A stretch of DNA of 64,000 bases from Thermodesulfobacteriota bacterium (GTDB lineage: Bacteria; Desulfobacterota_D; UBA1144; Nemesobacterales; Nemesobacteraceae). This document shows, in pieces, positions 10,316 to 19,641 of this stretch. The stretch spans positions 1,666,661-1,730,660 of the forward strand of contig OZ242379.1 of the NCBI GenBank assembly GCA_965209225.1, in the 5' to 3' direction. Position numbers and translations under genes: made by a program. The number at the start of each line of letters is the position of its first letter. Position 1 is the stretch's first letter. The notes below the pieces were generated by a model. The model was given only the letters and a program-made list of their open reading frames with translations, was not told the DNA's origin and searched no databases.

Positions 10316-10362
10316 TCGTTTCTATTTGAAGTTTAACGGGCGCTGGAATATGAGGGTTTAGA

Positions 10363-12879
10363 ATGAAGGTGTTAGAAAGTCCCCGATACGTTCTCTTCTC
10401 AGAGGATATTGCTGTGTTTGCTTTGGGGTGCGTTCTGCTCTGCCTTGCCTTGGCGCTTTTCGCTCTCCCGGGAAACGCGCGGGCGGTGACATGTGCTTCA
10501 AACAGGTTCTCCAACCCGCCTACGGACAGGCAGGTGCTGATAGACTTTTACTGCGAGACGGGCGGTGCCGACTGGGAAAGGAATACCAGATGGCTGAACG
10601 ACAACGCAGAAATTAGAAATTGGCGTGGGGTCAGAACTAATACTGATGGCCGTGTCACAGAACTGAGACTATCTGCTAACAACTTGACCGGGAGAATACC
10701 GGTCCAGATGGGATACCTGTCCAGTTTGACAAATCTTGCTCTCCACGTTAATAAGCTGAGCGGAGGTATTCCGACTCAACTTGGAAACCTGACAAACCTT
10801 ACGTCGCTGGGTCTCTCACGAAACCAGCTGAGCGGAGGTATTCCGACTCAACTTGGGAACCTGACAAACCTTACGTCGCTGGGTCTCTTCGATAATAAGC
10901 TGAGCGGAGGTATTCCGACTGAACTTGGGAACCTGACAAACCTTACGTCGCTGGGTCTCTCACGAAACCAGCTGAGCGGAGGTATTCCGACTGAACTTGA
11001 GAACCTGACAAACCTTACGCAGCTGTTTCTCAACGATAATAAGCTGAGCGGAGGTATTCCGACTGAACTTGGGAACCTGACAAACCTTGCGGAGCTGACG
11101 CTCCACCATAATAAGCTGAGCGGAGAGATTCCGGCCGAACTTGGGAACCTGACAAACCTTATTACGTCGCTGGGTCTCTCACGAAACCAGCTGAGCGGAG
11201 GTATTCCGACTGAACTTGGGAACCTGACAAACCTTACGCAGCTGGCGCTCCACTATAATAAGCTGAGCGGAGAGATTCCGACTGAACTTGGGAACCTGAC
11301 AAACCTTCGGTGGAAGCTGGAGCTCAACGATAATATGCTGAGCGGAGAGATTCCGGCCGAACTTGGGAACCTGACAAACCTTTATCGGCTGTATCTCAAC
11401 AGTAATAAGCTGAGCGGAAGTATTCCGACTGAACTTGGGAACCTGACAAATTTTCTGGAGCTGTATTTATGGGGAAACCGACTAACCGGGGAGATTCCGA
11501 CCGAACTTGGGAACCTGGCAAACCTGGAGCAGCTGTATCTCAACAGTAATAAGCTGAGCGGAGGTATTCCTACTGAACTGGGGAACCTGACAAACCTTCG
11601 GGAGCTGTATTTATGGGGAAACCAGTTAACCGGGGAAATTCCTACTGAACTGGGGAACCTGACAAACCTTCGGGAGCTGTATTTATGGGGAAACCAGTTA
11701 ACCGGGGAAATTCCGACCGAAATTGGGAACCTGACAAACCTAGAGCAGCTGTATCTCAACGGTAATAAGCTGAGCGGAAGTATTCCTGCCGAGCTGGGGA
11801 ACCTGACAAACCTAGAGCAGCTGTATCTCAACGGTAATAAGCTGAGCGGAAGTATTCCTGCCGAGCTGGGGAACCTGACAAACCTAGAGCAGCTGTATCT
11901 CAACGGTAATAAGCTGAGCGGAAGTATTCCTGCCGAGCTGGGGAACCTGACAAACCTAGAGCAGCTGTATCTCAACGGTAATAAGCTGAGCGGAAGTATT
12001 CCTGCCGAGCTGGGGAACATGACAGCCTTGGAGCGTTTATATCTCCACGGAAATAATCTGGGAAACAGTAGGAGCAGGGTCATACCTGAAGAATTAGTCG
12101 ACTTAACCAATCTTGTTGAACTTTCGCTCTGGTCAAATCCGCAGCTTTTGGTTCAAACCCTGAGGTCGGAACTTATTCGCCGGCATGACAGAGCGGCGCT
12201 GAGATTTATCTATGAAAACAACAATGGGGAGCAGTGGACAAACAATGACAACTGGTTTTCTTCTGAACCGTTGAGGGAATGGCACGGGGTAACCCTCAAT
12301 GACGCCAGGCAGGTTACGGGACTTGATCTTCAGAACAACAATCTGAGAGGGCCTCTTGACGATGCGTTTTCAGGTCTGCTGGTTCTTCGGACTTTGAATC
12401 TTTCAGGGAACTGCGGCCTCACGGGGGAGTTGCCTTTCGGGTTGATAGATAATTACGTGAATGAACTGAACATTAGTTCCACGGGGGTGGGAGTGCCGGA
12501 CAATGAAGATTTTAAGACTTGGCTTGCCGGTATTAATTTCAGGAGTTCCCGCTGTTCTGCTCCGACAACCCCGACGACTCCGACAACCCCGACGACTCCG
12601 ACAACCCCGACGACTCCGACAACCCCGACGACTCCGACAACCCCGACGACTCCGACAACCCCGACGACTCCGACAACCCCGACGACTCCGACAACTCCCG
12701 TTGAGGTTTCCGAGCCTCCGGTTGCGGAGGGAGAAAGCAGCGGGGGATGTTCGGTTGTTTCCGGAGAGGCAGGGGGAAGCGGGTCGTTTAACGTTGTGTT
12801 TAATCTGTTTTTGATCATCTTCGGTCTTGTGGGTGTTTCCCGGAGAAGACGGCGGATATGTGTTCGCAGGGCCGGATAG
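10363..12879 (+). CDS. Exported leucine-rich repeat protein (plant-specific-type 24-aa LRRs) with PTT linker and C-terminal Cys/TM/basic anchor
   Basis: Signal peptide, LRRNT-like cap, about 19-20 repeats of LSGxIPxELGNLTNLxxLxLxxN, second cap, (PTT)15, GGC...FNLFLII...RRRRR. Confidence 0.92.
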   Translation: MKVLESPRYVLFSEDIAVFALGCVLLCLALALFALPGNARAVTCASNRFSNPPTDRQVLIDFYCETGGADWERNTRWLNDNAEIRNWRGVRTNTDGRVTELRLSANNLTGRIPVQMGYLSSLTNLALHVNKLSGGIPTQLGNLTNLTSLGLSRNQLSGGIPTQLGNLTNLTSLGLFDNKLSGGIPTELGNLTNLTSLGLSRNQLSGGIPTELENLTNLTQLFLNDNKLSGGIPTELGNLTNLAELTLHHNKLSGEIPAELGNLTNLITSLGLSRNQLSGGIPTELGNLTNLTQLALHYNKLSGEIPTELGNLTNLRWKLELNDNMLSGEIPAELGNLTNLYRLYLNSNKLSGSIPTELGNLTNFLELYLWGNRLTGEIPTELGNLANLEQLYLNSNKLSGGIPTELGNLTNLRELYLWGNQLTGEIPTELGNLTNLRELYLWGNQLTGEIPTEIGNLTNLEQLYLNGNKLSGSIPAELGNLTNLEQLYLNGNKLSGSIPAELGNLTNLEQLYLNGNKLSGSIPAELGNLTNLEQLYLNGNKLSGSIPAELGNMTALERLYLHGNNLGNSRSRVIPEELVDLTNLVELSLWSNPQLLVQTLRSELIRRHDRAALRFIYENNNGEQWTNNDNWFSSEPLREWHGVTLNDARQVTGLDLQNNNLRGPLDDAFSGLLVLRTLNLSGNCGLTGELPFGLIDNYVNELNISSTGVGVPDNEDFKTWLAGINFRSSRCSAPTTPTTPTTPTTPTTPTTPTTPTTPTTPTTPTTPTTPTTPTTPTTPVEVSEPPVAEGESSGGCSVVSGEAGGSGSFNVVFNLFLIIFGLVGVSRRRRRICVRRAG
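10684..12060 (+). repeat. 72-bp tandem LRR-coding repeats (two units of 75 bp)
   Basis: Recurrent ctgagcggagg/aagtattcc...gaacttgggaacctgacaaacct units; the last several units are identical. Confidence 0.93.
12562..12696 (+). repeat. 18-bp VNTR (ccgacaaccccgacgact, about 7.5 units) encoding 15 PTT triplets
   Basis: Directly visible tandem repeat. Confidence 0.95.
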
Positions 12880-12960
12880 CCGGGTTTGTGTTCAGCGGAG
12901 ATATTCCATGCTGCCGCAGAGAATCAGGACTCACGGATTTTTTCGATTCTGAAGGTCAAG

Positions 12961-13330
12961 ACTGCTTCGCCGATTTCCTTCCCGGTTCTTTTAAGCGTCC
13001 TGTCAACTCCGCCCTTCATAAAGCCGCTCACATAAGAGCCTTCCTCGGGGTTCTGCTTCGGCGGTTCCGATTTTCGCCTTTCTGCTTGCCGTTGCTGGTT
13101 TCGTTCTCCACGGCGGTCCAGGGCGCATGAGTTTCGAACATGGTGTCGCAAGCGGCGGTCGGTCCTCTGGATTACGGGGTTATTCTATGGATGAGAGTCA
13201 CTCTGCGGGAATCCCAGAGAAAATCAGGGTAAGGGTCGAAGTCGCTTCGGATGAGAAATTCGGAAGCCTTGTCTACAGTTCTGTTGAGAGCGCGACGGCC
13301 AAGAGAGATTACACCCTCAAGATTGATGTT
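12961..13330. pseudogene. Decayed chimeric duplicate of hisIE (33960-34058) joined to the phoD 5' region (34673-about 34946)
   Basis: Direct alignment to the locus about 21 kb downstream; junction at the shared hexamer TGCTTC; substitutions and frameshifts. Confidence 0.88.
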
Positions 13331-13339
13331 AACCCAAGT

Positions 13340-13511
13340 TCGTCAGTTTCGGATAGACACGCAGGCCACGCACCTTGATAGGGTAATCCGCGGGCACTGC
13401 AACTACTGCGGGGTAACGGGGAACGGCAAGAGGCTCAGCCAATTCCGGTACCAGACCACGAGGGCATGGCGGAAGTGGTTATCACGCCGCAGCAGCAAGG
13501 GGGGGGGGTGA
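13340..13511 (+). pseudogene. Group II intron reverse transcriptase/maturase thumb (domain X) fragment
   Basis: HLDRVIRGHCNYCGVTGNGKRLSQFRYQTTRAWRKWLSRRS matches the RGHxNYYGxxGN...WRKWLSRRS maturase pattern; ends in a G10 run. Confidence 0.75.
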
Positions 13512-13576
13512 AAACCTGTCAAACGGGGATATTTTCCACCTCAGGTGCCAAGGCCGAATCCAAATGACCCCACGTC

Positions 13577-14851
13577 TCATCCTTCAATGAGAAGGGTCTC
13601 TGGATCTTCAATCAGTTCCTTTACCTTTACGAGAAACTGCACTGCTTCCTTCCCATCGACTATCCTGTGGTCGTAGCTGAGTGCCGTGTACATCATCGGT
13701 TTTATCACTATGTCTCCGTTAACCGCCACGGGCCTTTCCTCTATCTTGTGAAGTCCAAGTATCGCGACTTGGGGCGGATTCAGTATCGGGGTGCTCATCA
13801 GTGAACCGTATACCCCTCCGTTTGTTATGGTGAAAGTCCCGCCGAAGATTTCATCGAGCGAAAGCGTGTTTGTGTTTGCCTTCTCGGCAAGTTCCCTGAC
13901 TTCTTTTTCTATCTGCGCGAAGGTTTTTCTGTCAGCCTCCCTTATGACGGGAACGACAAGTCCTCCCTCGGCCCCTACCGCTATTCCGATATCGTAGTAA
14001 TCCTTATAGACTATTTCATCTTCCTGGATCTCGGCATTTATCTCAGGAAACAGCCTGAGCGCTCCAATAGAGGCTTTTATGAAAAAGGAGGAAAAACCGA
14101 GACTCACTCCGTATTTTTCCTGGAAGGCCTCTTTTTTTCTCGATCGAAGCTCCATTACATTAGACATGTCGATTTCATTAAAAGTGGAGAGTATGGCGGC
14201 TGACTGCTGAGCTTCCACGAGACGTCTTGCTATGGTCCTGCGACGTCTCGACATTTTCATTCTCCTCTCCCTGTTGGTGGTAAGCTGCGAGAGGGACGGG
14301 AAGATATCCGGTGACACCGGGGTTTCGGAAACTTCCTCTTCCCGGGGAGCTTCCTGCGGGATTTCTTTTCTGGTTTCCTGTGACTCAAGATGCTTTTCCA
14401 CATCATCTTTTGTGATTCTGTTTCCCTCGGGTACGACCTGGGAGAGGTCGACTTCGTTCTGCTCGGCGATATTTCTCGCGACGGGAGTCACTCTCGTCTC
14501 GGGTTCTTCTTCAGGCTGCTTTTTTGGGGGAGTTTCTTCGGCTGGCGGTTGGGGTGAGGGCTTGGGTTTTTTAGGAGATTCTTCCGCATCGCTTCTTTTA
14601 TCCCCTTTGCTTGCTGACACCTCGATGGTTCCCAGGATGTCTCCTACTTCAACATCTTCATCGGCTTTTTTCGCTATTGACGCCAAGATTCCCGTTGCTT
14701 CGGCGGCGACTTCGAAGTTAGCTTTCTCGGTTTCAAGCTCAACAACGGTTTCCCCGAGTCTTACCGTGTCTCCCTGTTGCTTGGTCCACTTGATTATTGT
14801 TGCTTCTATTACGGAATCCCCCAAGTGGGGAACGACGATGTTCTTGGCCAT
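13577..14851 (-). CDS. sucB: 2-oxoglutarate dehydrogenase E2, dihydrolipoamide succinyltransferase
   Basis: Lipoyl domain ETEKAN, E3-binding domain, YDHRIVDG. Confidence 0.95.
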   Translation of the reverse strand: MAKNIVVPHLGDSVIEATIIKWTKQQGDTVRLGETVVELETEKANFEVAAEATGILASIAKKADEDVEVGDILGTIEVSASKGDKRSDAEESPKKPKPSPQPPAEETPPKKQPEEEPETRVTPVARNIAEQNEVDLSQVVPEGNRITKDDVEKHLESQETRKEIPQEAPREEEVSETPVSPDIFPSLSQLTTNRERRMKMSRRRRTIARRLVEAQQSAAILSTFNEIDMSNVMELRSRKKEAFQEKYGVSLGFSSFFIKASIGALRLFPEINAEIQEDEIVYKDYYDIGIAVGAEGGLVVPVIREADRKTFAQIEKEVRELAEKANTNTLSLDEIFGGTFTITNGGVYGSLMSTPILNPPQVAILGLHKIEERPVAVNGDIVIKPMMYTALSYDHRIVDGKEAVQFLVKVKELIEDPETLLIEG

Positions 14852-14876
14852 TTTCTCCCTCGCTTGTGCCTTTTTT

Positions 14877-17735
14877 TCAGATATCTCTGTGCCAGGTTAT
14901 TCCGCTTTCCTCATTTCCTTCCACTACTTTATCTATGCTGAACGCCTGCTTTATAAGCAACTCCTGATTGTATTTGTGCATGGAGGAAAGTCCTTCGGAG
15001 GGGCTTGAGTAGCGCTTTCTTCCTATATAGCTGAGTGGAAACCGTTTCTTGATGATTTTTCTTCTAAAAAAAGGCAGCATGTATTTCCAGGCTCCCGCGT
15101 TCTGGGGTTCTTCCTGTACCCAGACCACTTCTTCAAGTTTACCATACCTCTCCAAAACAGCGCTTACCTCTTCCTTGGGCCTCGGGTAGAGCTGTTCGAT
15201 TCTGGCTATCGCAACATCAGGCGATTTGGCTCTGAGTTCACTTGAGATGAGGTCAACGTATACCTTGCCGCTGCAGAATATGAGCCTTCTTGCTTTTTTC
15301 GCCTGTCTGGCACTCATCGGGTCGTCAATTACGGGAAGCCATTTCCCCTCGGACAAGTCCTTAAGGGACGAGTTTACCATCGGGCTTCGTAGAAGTCCCT
15401 TGGGCGTCATGACAACCAGGGGAAGAGGATCTTTTTCAAGCAGCAGGGCCTGGCGGCGAAGCACGTGGAAGAACTGCGACGAAGTGGTGCAGTTCACTAT
15501 CCTTATATTGTATTCTGCAGCCGACATGAGAAACCTTTCAAGCCTCCCGCTCGAGTGATCAGGGCCCTGTCCTTCATAAGCGTGAGGGAGCAGGAGAACC
15601 AGGGAAGGGGTCTGCCCCCATTTCGCCCTCGCGGATACAAGATATTCGTCCACTATGGTCTGAGCTCCGTTTATGAAATCTCCGTACTGGGCTTCCCATA
15701 TCACAAGGCAGTTTGTTTTCTCGATACAGTATCCGTACTCAAAACCCAGGCAGGCGTTTTCGCTGAGCGGGCTGTTCTTTATCTCGAATGCGGCTTTCGC
15801 CTGCGGGATCTTCTGCAACGGAATATGAACTGCGCCGTTCTCAGAGTCGTGGAGCACCGCGTGGCGGTGGCTGAAAGTACCCCTCTCGCAATCCTGTCCG
15901 GTTATCCTGATGGGAATGCCTTGTGCGATTATGGAGGCGTAGGCCAGTTCTTCCGCCATGGCCCAGTCAATTGTCTTTTCTTTCGGGTCGTCGAGAATGT
16001 TTTTTCTCCTGTCGCGTATTCTGGCGATTTTCGAATTTACAGTGAATCCTTCGGGAACCGAGAGAAGGGAGTCGTTTAGTCCGCGCAGGGTTTCGTCGGG
16101 AACCTTGGTAACCGTTCTTTTCGCTATCCCGCGTTCCGGGGAGGGCGCCGTTGATTCCTCGGGGGAGTCGTCAGGGGAAATCGATTCGAATTCCTCGGCA
16201 ATCTTCTTGATATACTCTCCTTGCAGCTGTTCTACCTGCTTTTCCGAGACGGTGCCTTTTTCTATCAGTTTCTTTGCCCAGATGTCCATCACCCGGGGAT
16301 GACTGTCTATCTTTTTGTATATCATGGGCTGGGTGAATCCCGGTTCGTCCGCCTCGTTGTGTCCGTACCTTCTGTAGCCGACAAGGTCTATGAGGAAATG
16401 TTTTTCGAATTTTGATGTGTAGCCGAAGGCCAGGCGTATTGACTCTATGCAGGCGACCGGGTCATCCGCGTTTACGTGCACAATCGGTATTTCGAATCCC
16501 TTCGCGAGATCGCTTGCATAAAGCGTGCTTCTGCTGTCGGAGGGGAGCGTTGTGTAGCCCATCTGGTTGTTGGTGATTATGTGTATGGTTCCGCCGGCGC
16601 GGTAGCCCGGAAGGGATGAGAGATTGAGCGTTTCCGCGTTTATCCCCTGTCCCATGAATGCCGAATCCCCATGGATCTGCACCGGGATTACCGCTGAGGG
16701 GTCGAATTGCGGAGAACCCGGCATATCGTCGCTTATCCCGCACGCCCTCGACATTCCCTGCACTACCGGATTTACCGATTCCAGGTGGCTGGGATTGGGA
16801 ACCATGGTGATCCTCATGTTGCGATCAAGCATGTCTCCAGTCGGGATATCGCGTTTTACGGCCTCGTGGTACTTTACGTCCCCGGTCCATCCCATGTCGT
16901 CTGCGAAATCCCTTACCAGGACAGGGTCCTTGAACTTAAGCAGCGTGTACTTGTAGTTTTTCTCCATCACGTGGTGCATCACGTTCAGCCTTCCGCGATG
17001 GGCCATTCCGAGAATTATCTGGTGTATGTCGGCTTTGATGGCGAGGAGTATCAGTTCATTCAGCATAGGCACCAGCATGTCGACGCCTTCTATTGAGAAC
17101 CTGAATTTCCCGGGGAAGATCCTGTGGAGGAAGTTTTCGAATATTTCCACTCTGGTGAGGGTATCGAGAAGCTCTACTTCGTTGACGGGATTTAGGGGAG
17201 GGCGGTAAACGCCCGACTCTATGGCCCCTCTCATCCACCTTCTCTCTTCAGCTTCGTAGATGTGGTCATAGTTATATCCCGTGGTGGAAGAGTAGATTTT
17301 TCTCAGCTTTCTGATTCCGTCAAGTGCGTCAAGTGAGTTCTGCGAAAGAGGCCATCCTACAAGGGTTGGGGGAAAGTCTCTTAGTTCCTCCTCGTCAAGT
17401 CCGAAGGTTTCGGCGTGCAAGGTGAGGTCTCCGTGAACGGGACCCCCGAGGGGATCTATTCTGCTTGCCAGATGACCGTGCCTCCTGATTGCCTGAGACA
17501 TATTGGCGATCGCAACGGCCTTGTTTACGTCCCTTACGGATGACTGTTTGAAGCCGTTCTTCTCGATCTCGGGTTCTATCTCGACCCTGAGAGACGAGTA
17601 TTTGCTGTCGGGTTTCCATCCCTTGAAGATGGTTTTCGTTGCGGGATCGACTGAAGAGGAATCTCTTACGTAACGTTCGTAGAGATCCATTACGTAACCT
17701 GAATTGAGCCCGTGAAAGTTTTTCCAGATGTCCAT
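14877..17735 (-). CDS. sucA: 2-oxoglutarate dehydrogenase E1
   Basis: [38 protein letters not shown]. Confidence 0.96.
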   Translation of the reverse strand: MDIWKNFHGLNSGYVMDLYERYVRDSSSVDPATKTIFKGWKPDSKYSSLRVEIEPEIEKNGFKQSSVRDVNKAVAIANMSQAIRRHGHLASRIDPLGGPVHGDLTLHAETFGLDEEELRDFPPTLVGWPLSQNSLDALDGIRKLRKIYSSTTGYNYDHIYEAEERRWMRGAIESGVYRPPLNPVNEVELLDTLTRVEIFENFLHRIFPGKFRFSIEGVDMLVPMLNELILLAIKADIHQIILGMAHRGRLNVMHHVMEKNYKYTLLKFKDPVLVRDFADDMGWTGDVKYHEAVKRDIPTGDMLDRNMRITMVPNPSHLESVNPVVQGMSRACGISDDMPGSPQFDPSAVIPVQIHGDSAFMGQGINAETLNLSSLPGYRAGGTIHIITNNQMGYTTLPSDSRSTLYASDLAKGFEIPIVHVNADDPVACIESIRLAFGYTSKFEKHFLIDLVGYRRYGHNEADEPGFTQPMIYKKIDSHPRVMDIWAKKLIEKGTVSEKQVEQLQGEYIKKIAEEFESISPDDSPEESTAPSPERGIAKRTVTKVPDETLRGLNDSLLSVPEGFTVNSKIARIRDRRKNILDDPKEKTIDWAMAEELAYASIIAQGIPIRITGQDCERGTFSHRHAVLHDSENGAVHIPLQKIPQAKAAFEIKNSPLSENACLGFEYGYCIEKTNCLVIWEAQYGDFINGAQTIVDEYLVSARAKWGQTPSLVLLLPHAYEGQGPDHSSGRLERFLMSAAEYNIRIVNCTTSSQFFHVLRRQALLLEKDPLPLVVMTPKGLLRSPMVNSSLKDLSEGKWLPVIDDPMSARQAKKARRLIFCSGKVYVDLISSELRAKSPDVAIARIEQLYPRPKEEVSAVLERYGKLEEVVWVQEEPQNAGAWKYMLPFFRRKIIKKRFPLSYIGRKRYSSPSEGLSSMHKYNQELLIKQAFSIDKVVEGNEESGITWHRDI

Positions 17736-17960
17736 GCACCTTCCTCGGAATTACGTGATGTGAAGATTCAACTGACTGAAAACCTAACCCCCTATTCACA
17801 ACACAACTCCGCCTGCTCTAACGGTAACCGCATAGAATCATAGCATAAAAAAATATAAAGCAAACAAGGATTTTCGGGACCTTGTCAAAATGACGCAACG
17901 ATGATTCTGACCGGCGTACGAATTGGGTTCCCGCTTCAGGAGGATTTGCGCGGTTCCGTC

Positions 17961-18167
17961 TTATTTCTCTACCAATCCCAGAACATCAAAGATTTTAATG
18001 GCGCTTGACAACTGAATGTCTTGTTTCTGCTGCTCAAAACGCGAAACCGTCGGTTGACTTACTTCCGCTATGGTGGCCAGGCGACGCTGGGAAATTTTTC
18101 GTTCCTTGCGCCGCCTTATTGCCTCTTTGACAAGTAAGTTCCAATTGAGTCGAATGTTCCGTTCCAT
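17961..18167 (-). CDS. XRE-family HTH protein, putative HipB-like antitoxin
   Basis: ISQRRLATIAEVSQPTVSRFE HTH; overlaps the 3' end of hipA. Confidence 0.8.
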   Translation of the reverse strand: MERNIRLNWNLLVKEAIRRRKERKISQRRLATIAEVSQPTVSRFEQQKQDIQLSSAIKIFDVLGLVEK

Positions 18168-19327
18168 CTTTTCTCCATTTGCTGATGCAGTTTGTCTTTA
18201 ATGTACTGGTCGACATTTTTCGAGGCATCAACAGTGCTGTGGGCTTTATCGAGGCGGCTGGCGAAATCAGAAACCGCCAGCATAACCGCTTTGTCGGGTA
18301 GGCCGAATAGCTTGCCCAGCCGGACCATGTTCTTGGGGCCGATGCTGCCGATTCGCATGTTCTCTGCTCCCCCGATCCCCAGTGCCAGTGTCTGGTATTG
18401 CGGGTAGCAGGCGGCGGCAACGAGATCGTAGGAAGGCGTGAGGCGCAATCCGCTTTCTGTGTGCTCCATAGCGAAGTTTTTAAGATGCGCATCTGTATTT
18501 CCCGTGAGAATACAGGCCATTACCCGGCGAAACAGCGTATCGCACTCTGCCCGAAGGCATATGTCGTCGTTTTGGATGATGAAATCGGCCATGTGCTCAT
18601 AGCATGCTTCGTATTTATCCTCGGAGCGGTTACCGAGCATCTGGTTAAATTCCTCGAAGTGAATTTGCTTGCCGCCTTCAGTCCTGTCAAACCGTTTGAT
18701 AAGCAGAGACCTCTCCGCAACGCCCCGAAGCGGTGCCAGGGTCATCTCCACAACTGTGTCTTCCTTAAGAAGAGTTGCGCACGCCTGTGTAGTGACGTAC
18801 TCAAGTCCGAGAATATCGGGCAGCGTGGGGGACGAGAGCTTGGCTATATGAGTTGCCCGCTCACTGCGCCCTACGGGGCGGAACACACGGCCTTCCTTTA
18901 TTGCGCCCAGTTTTGGCTGGACCCCGGAAAGAGACGCCCTTGCTGAAAGCGCCGCAATGTTTTCCGGGTCGTTGTGGTCGATTTTAATGTCCCCGGCAGG
19001 TTCAGGATCAATGATCCTTACGGCACCAGCGAGGTCTGTGCCGAAGGCAAGCAGCAGAGAAAGACGGTCGTCCCTTCGCAGGCCGAGCGCACGTGCCTGC
19101 GCATTCTTGAGCCAGCCCTCAGCGCATAGATTGTCAAAGAAAGGGTGCAGACCGTATTCGCTTAAATGAGGCTCGGCCCGAAGTGGTAGAGTGTAGGAAA
19201 TAGCGGGCAAGGAGCTTTGCAGATAACTTTCGTCGTAGGTAAATACGCATCGGCCTCCAGCCTCCTGCGACAGAATGCCGGCAAAGGTATTTTTGTAATA
19301 TATGTTTCCCCAGAGGTTAATTGCCAT
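18116..19327 (-). CDS. hipA: HipA-family kinase toxin
   Basis: Couple_hipA N-terminal domain (FTYD...PFFDNL..EG), SLSGVQPKL, GNTDAHLKN, PSYDL. Confidence 0.9.
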   Translation of the reverse strand: MAINLWGNIYYKNTFAGILSQEAGGRCVFTYDESYLQSSLPAISYTLPLRAEPHLSEYGLHPFFDNLCAEGWLKNAQARALGLRRDDRLSLLLAFGTDLAGAVRIIDPEPAGDIKIDHNDPENIAALSARASLSGVQPKLGAIKEGRVFRPVGRSERATHIAKLSSPTLPDILGLEYVTTQACATLLKEDTVVEMTLAPLRGVAERSLLIKRFDRTEGGKQIHFEEFNQMLGNRSEDKYEACYEHMADFIIQNDDICLRAECDTLFRRVMACILTGNTDAHLKNFAMEHTESGLRLTPSYDLVAAACYPQYQTLALGIGGAENMRIGSIGPKNMVRLGKLFGLPDKAVMLAVSDFASRLDKAHSTVDASKNVDQYIKDKLHQQMEKRWNGTFDSIGTYLSKRQ

Positions 19328-19354
19328 TAATTCAATTCCGTGCAGTTTTTGTTG

Positions 19355-19421
19355 ATAGCATTAAATATTATAAAAGATGTTTTGTCAAATATGGGTGATA
19401 TAGCATTTAAATAATATAAAA
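19355..19421. promoter_or_regulatory. AT-rich direct repeats (atagcatt(t)aaata(t/a)tataaaa) in the hipA promoter region, putative operator
   Basis: Two imperfect copies flanking a minus-strand TTGACA. Confidence 0.4.
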
Positions 19422-19641
19422 TTAATCAAATAACCCCTTGAATGATTCGATAATCAACCATGTTTGGTCATTTCTTTAAATGAAAACATGTCGCTTTTCG
19501 TTTCTGCGGATTGCCGATCGGTTTTATTGGCAGGGACTAATATGCTGTCAATGCATTTTCTTGGGGAACCGGCGACCCGTCGCCTCGGTCAACGGGAGAA
19601 TCACGGTTTCAGCATATTCCGAATGTGCGGAAGACTGAAAG

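Noticed and set aside
10684-12696. 72-bp and 18-bp repeats as a CRISPR array
   Set aside because: They are in-frame coding repeats with no unique spacers, and no cas genes are present
10363-13511. Diversity-generating retroelement acting on the LRR gene (RT fragment nearby)
   Set aside because: The RT piece is only a group II thumb fragment; there is no TR/VR pair, and variation between repeats is not adenine-specific
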